NCBI GenBank assembly: GCA_049840735.1
Contig: JASGJN010000020.1
Span: 416,001-480,000, forward strand
Reading direction: 5' to 3'
From: Anaeromyxobacter sp.
Lineage (GTDB): Bacteria > Myxococcota > Myxococcia > Myxococcales > Anaeromyxobacteraceae
DNA: 64,000 bases
Below the pieces are notes generated by a model. The model ran no database searches and was not told where the DNA came from. It saw only the letters and a list, made by a program, of their open reading frames with translations. A program made the position numbers and the translations under genes. Shown here piece after piece: positions 62,772 to 64,000 of this stretch. Each line of letters begins with the position of its first letter. Within the stretch, counting starts at the first letter, position 1.

Positions 62772-64000
62772 ATGGAGCTGCTGCTGTGGGTTGTGCTGAA
62801 TCGGTCTGGCGGTGCTGACCTACCTCGGCTTCACCAGGGCGGGCGAGCGCGAGGCCGAGACCCGGCGCACGCTCCTCTCCATGCGCGACCGGCTGGGCAA
62901 GCTCGAGCTGGTCCAGGAGCGGCTCCTCTCCCGCCTCGCCAGCCTCGAGGAAGGGCAGCCTGCGGAGGGCGCGGTGCGCGCGTCCGCGCCGGAGGCGGCC
63001 CGCGCCGCGGCGCCCATCCCGGCGCCGCTCCCCACCGTCTTCGCCTCCCCGCCGCCGGCCGGCCCGCCGGAGCCGCCTCCGGCGGCCACCCCGGCGCCGC
63101 CCCCGCCACTCTTCTCCGACCTGCCCGCCACGCCGGTAGCGGCCCCGCCCCCGGCCATGCCTCCGGGCTGGGAGCCGCCCGCCGCGCCGGGCGCTCCCGA
63201 GGCCGCTCCGGCCGCCTCCACCGAGCTGCCGCCGCCCCTCCCGCCGCTGGAGCCGCCGCCTCCTGCCCCGCCGCCCGCGCCCCGCCCGGCGCCGTTCCAG
63301 CTCCCGAAGATCGACTGGGAGCGGCTGGTGGGGGTGAAGCTCTTCTCCTGGGCCGCCGGCGGCGCGGTGGCCATCGCGGCCGTGCTCTGGGCGCGCTACG
63401 CCGTGGACAACGGCCTCATCACGCCGCCCATCCGCATGGCGGTGGGCGTGGTGGTGGGGCTCGGCCTGCTCCTGGGCGCCGAGACCCGGCGCGCGCAGGC
63501 CTACCGGGTCACCGCCCAGGCGCTGGCGGCCGGCGGCGTGGTCGCGCTCTTCTCCACCTTCTTCGCCGCCCACGTGCTCTGGCGCCTCATCCCCGCCGGC
63601 GCCGCCTTCGGGCTGCTGGCGCTGGTCGCCGCCGTGGCGGTGCTCATCTCGGTCCGGCGCGATGCGCTGGTCATGTCGCTCCTGGGCCTGCTGGGCGGCT
63701 TCGCCACGCCGGCCCTGATCTCCACCGGCCAGAACAACCCCCTGGGCCTCTTCGGCTACCTGCTGCTGCTCGACGTGGGGCTGGCCTGGGTGGCCTACCG
63801 GAAGCGCTGGCCGCTCCTCTCCGCGCTCTCGCTGGGGCTCACCGGCCTGTACCAGGCCGGCTGGGTGGCCAAGATGATGGAGCGCGATCGGCTCCCCATC
63901 GCCTTCGCGGCCTTCCTGATCTTCCCGGTGGTGGGGCTGGCCGGCCTGTTCGCCGGCAGCCGCCGCGCCGCCGGGGACGGGGCGCCGGTGGACCGGCTCA
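62772..64000 (+). CDS. DUF2339-type membrane protein (partial); frameshift at ~62800
   Basis: Not in the ORF track. Starts MELLLWVVL(I)GLAVL, then a Pro-rich linker, DWERLVGVKLFSW, GLITPPIR and GLLGGFATP.LISTGQNNP..LFGY. Confidence 0.82.
   Translation, partial: MELLLWVVLNRSGGADLPRLHQGGRARGRDPAHAPLHARPAGQARAGPGAAPLPPRQPRGRAACGGRGARVRAGGGPRRGAHPGAAPHRLRLPAAGRPAGAASGGHPGAAPATLLRPARHAGSGPAPGHASGLGAARRAGRSRGRSGRLHRAAAAPPAAGAAASCPAARAPPGAVPAPEDRLGAAGGGEALLLGRRRRGGHRGRALGALRRGQRPHHAAHPHGGGRGGGARPAPGRRDPARAGLPGHRPGAGGRRRGRALLHLLRRPRALAPHPRRRRLRAAGAGRRRGGAHLGPARCAGHVAPGPAGRLRHAGPDLHRPEQPPGPLRLPAAARRGAGLGGLPEALAAPLRALAGAHRPVPGRLGGQDDGARSAPHRLRGLPDLPGGGAGRPVRRQPPRRRGRGAGGPA

Overview
Very GC-rich chromosomal segment. 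Gene content and protein style suggest an Anaeromyxobacter-like Myxococcota (inference). Left to right: system II cytochrome c biogenesis genes, an ATPase-domain-only Hsp70, DAHP synthase, glycogen/trehalose genes (glgB, otsA-otsB fusion, malQ), alanine dehydrogenase, aceEF, a stand-alone decaheme OmcA/MtrC-type lipoprotein, and a sigma54 two-component system next to a small secreted Lys/Ala-rich protein. Then comes a ~2 kb insert with an HNH nuclease, a phased 41-bp repeat array and a matching copy of the repeat at the far end of the gene. After that: a ureE-less, eukaryote-like urease operon, and a ~18 kb uncharacterised envelope/glycoside-hydrolase locus with a FixL/FixJ-like pair, in which most promoter regions share the palindrome GACCWWGGTC. 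The window ends with malZ and a DUF2339-like gene. The 13 inferred single-base indels all fall in two sequence contexts (11 at GATC, 2 at CGAGACCGCC). This points to methylation-linked long-read errors rather than real pseudogenes. No rRNA, tRNA, CRISPR array or transposase was seen. All calls come from motif recognition by eye; no database searches were run.
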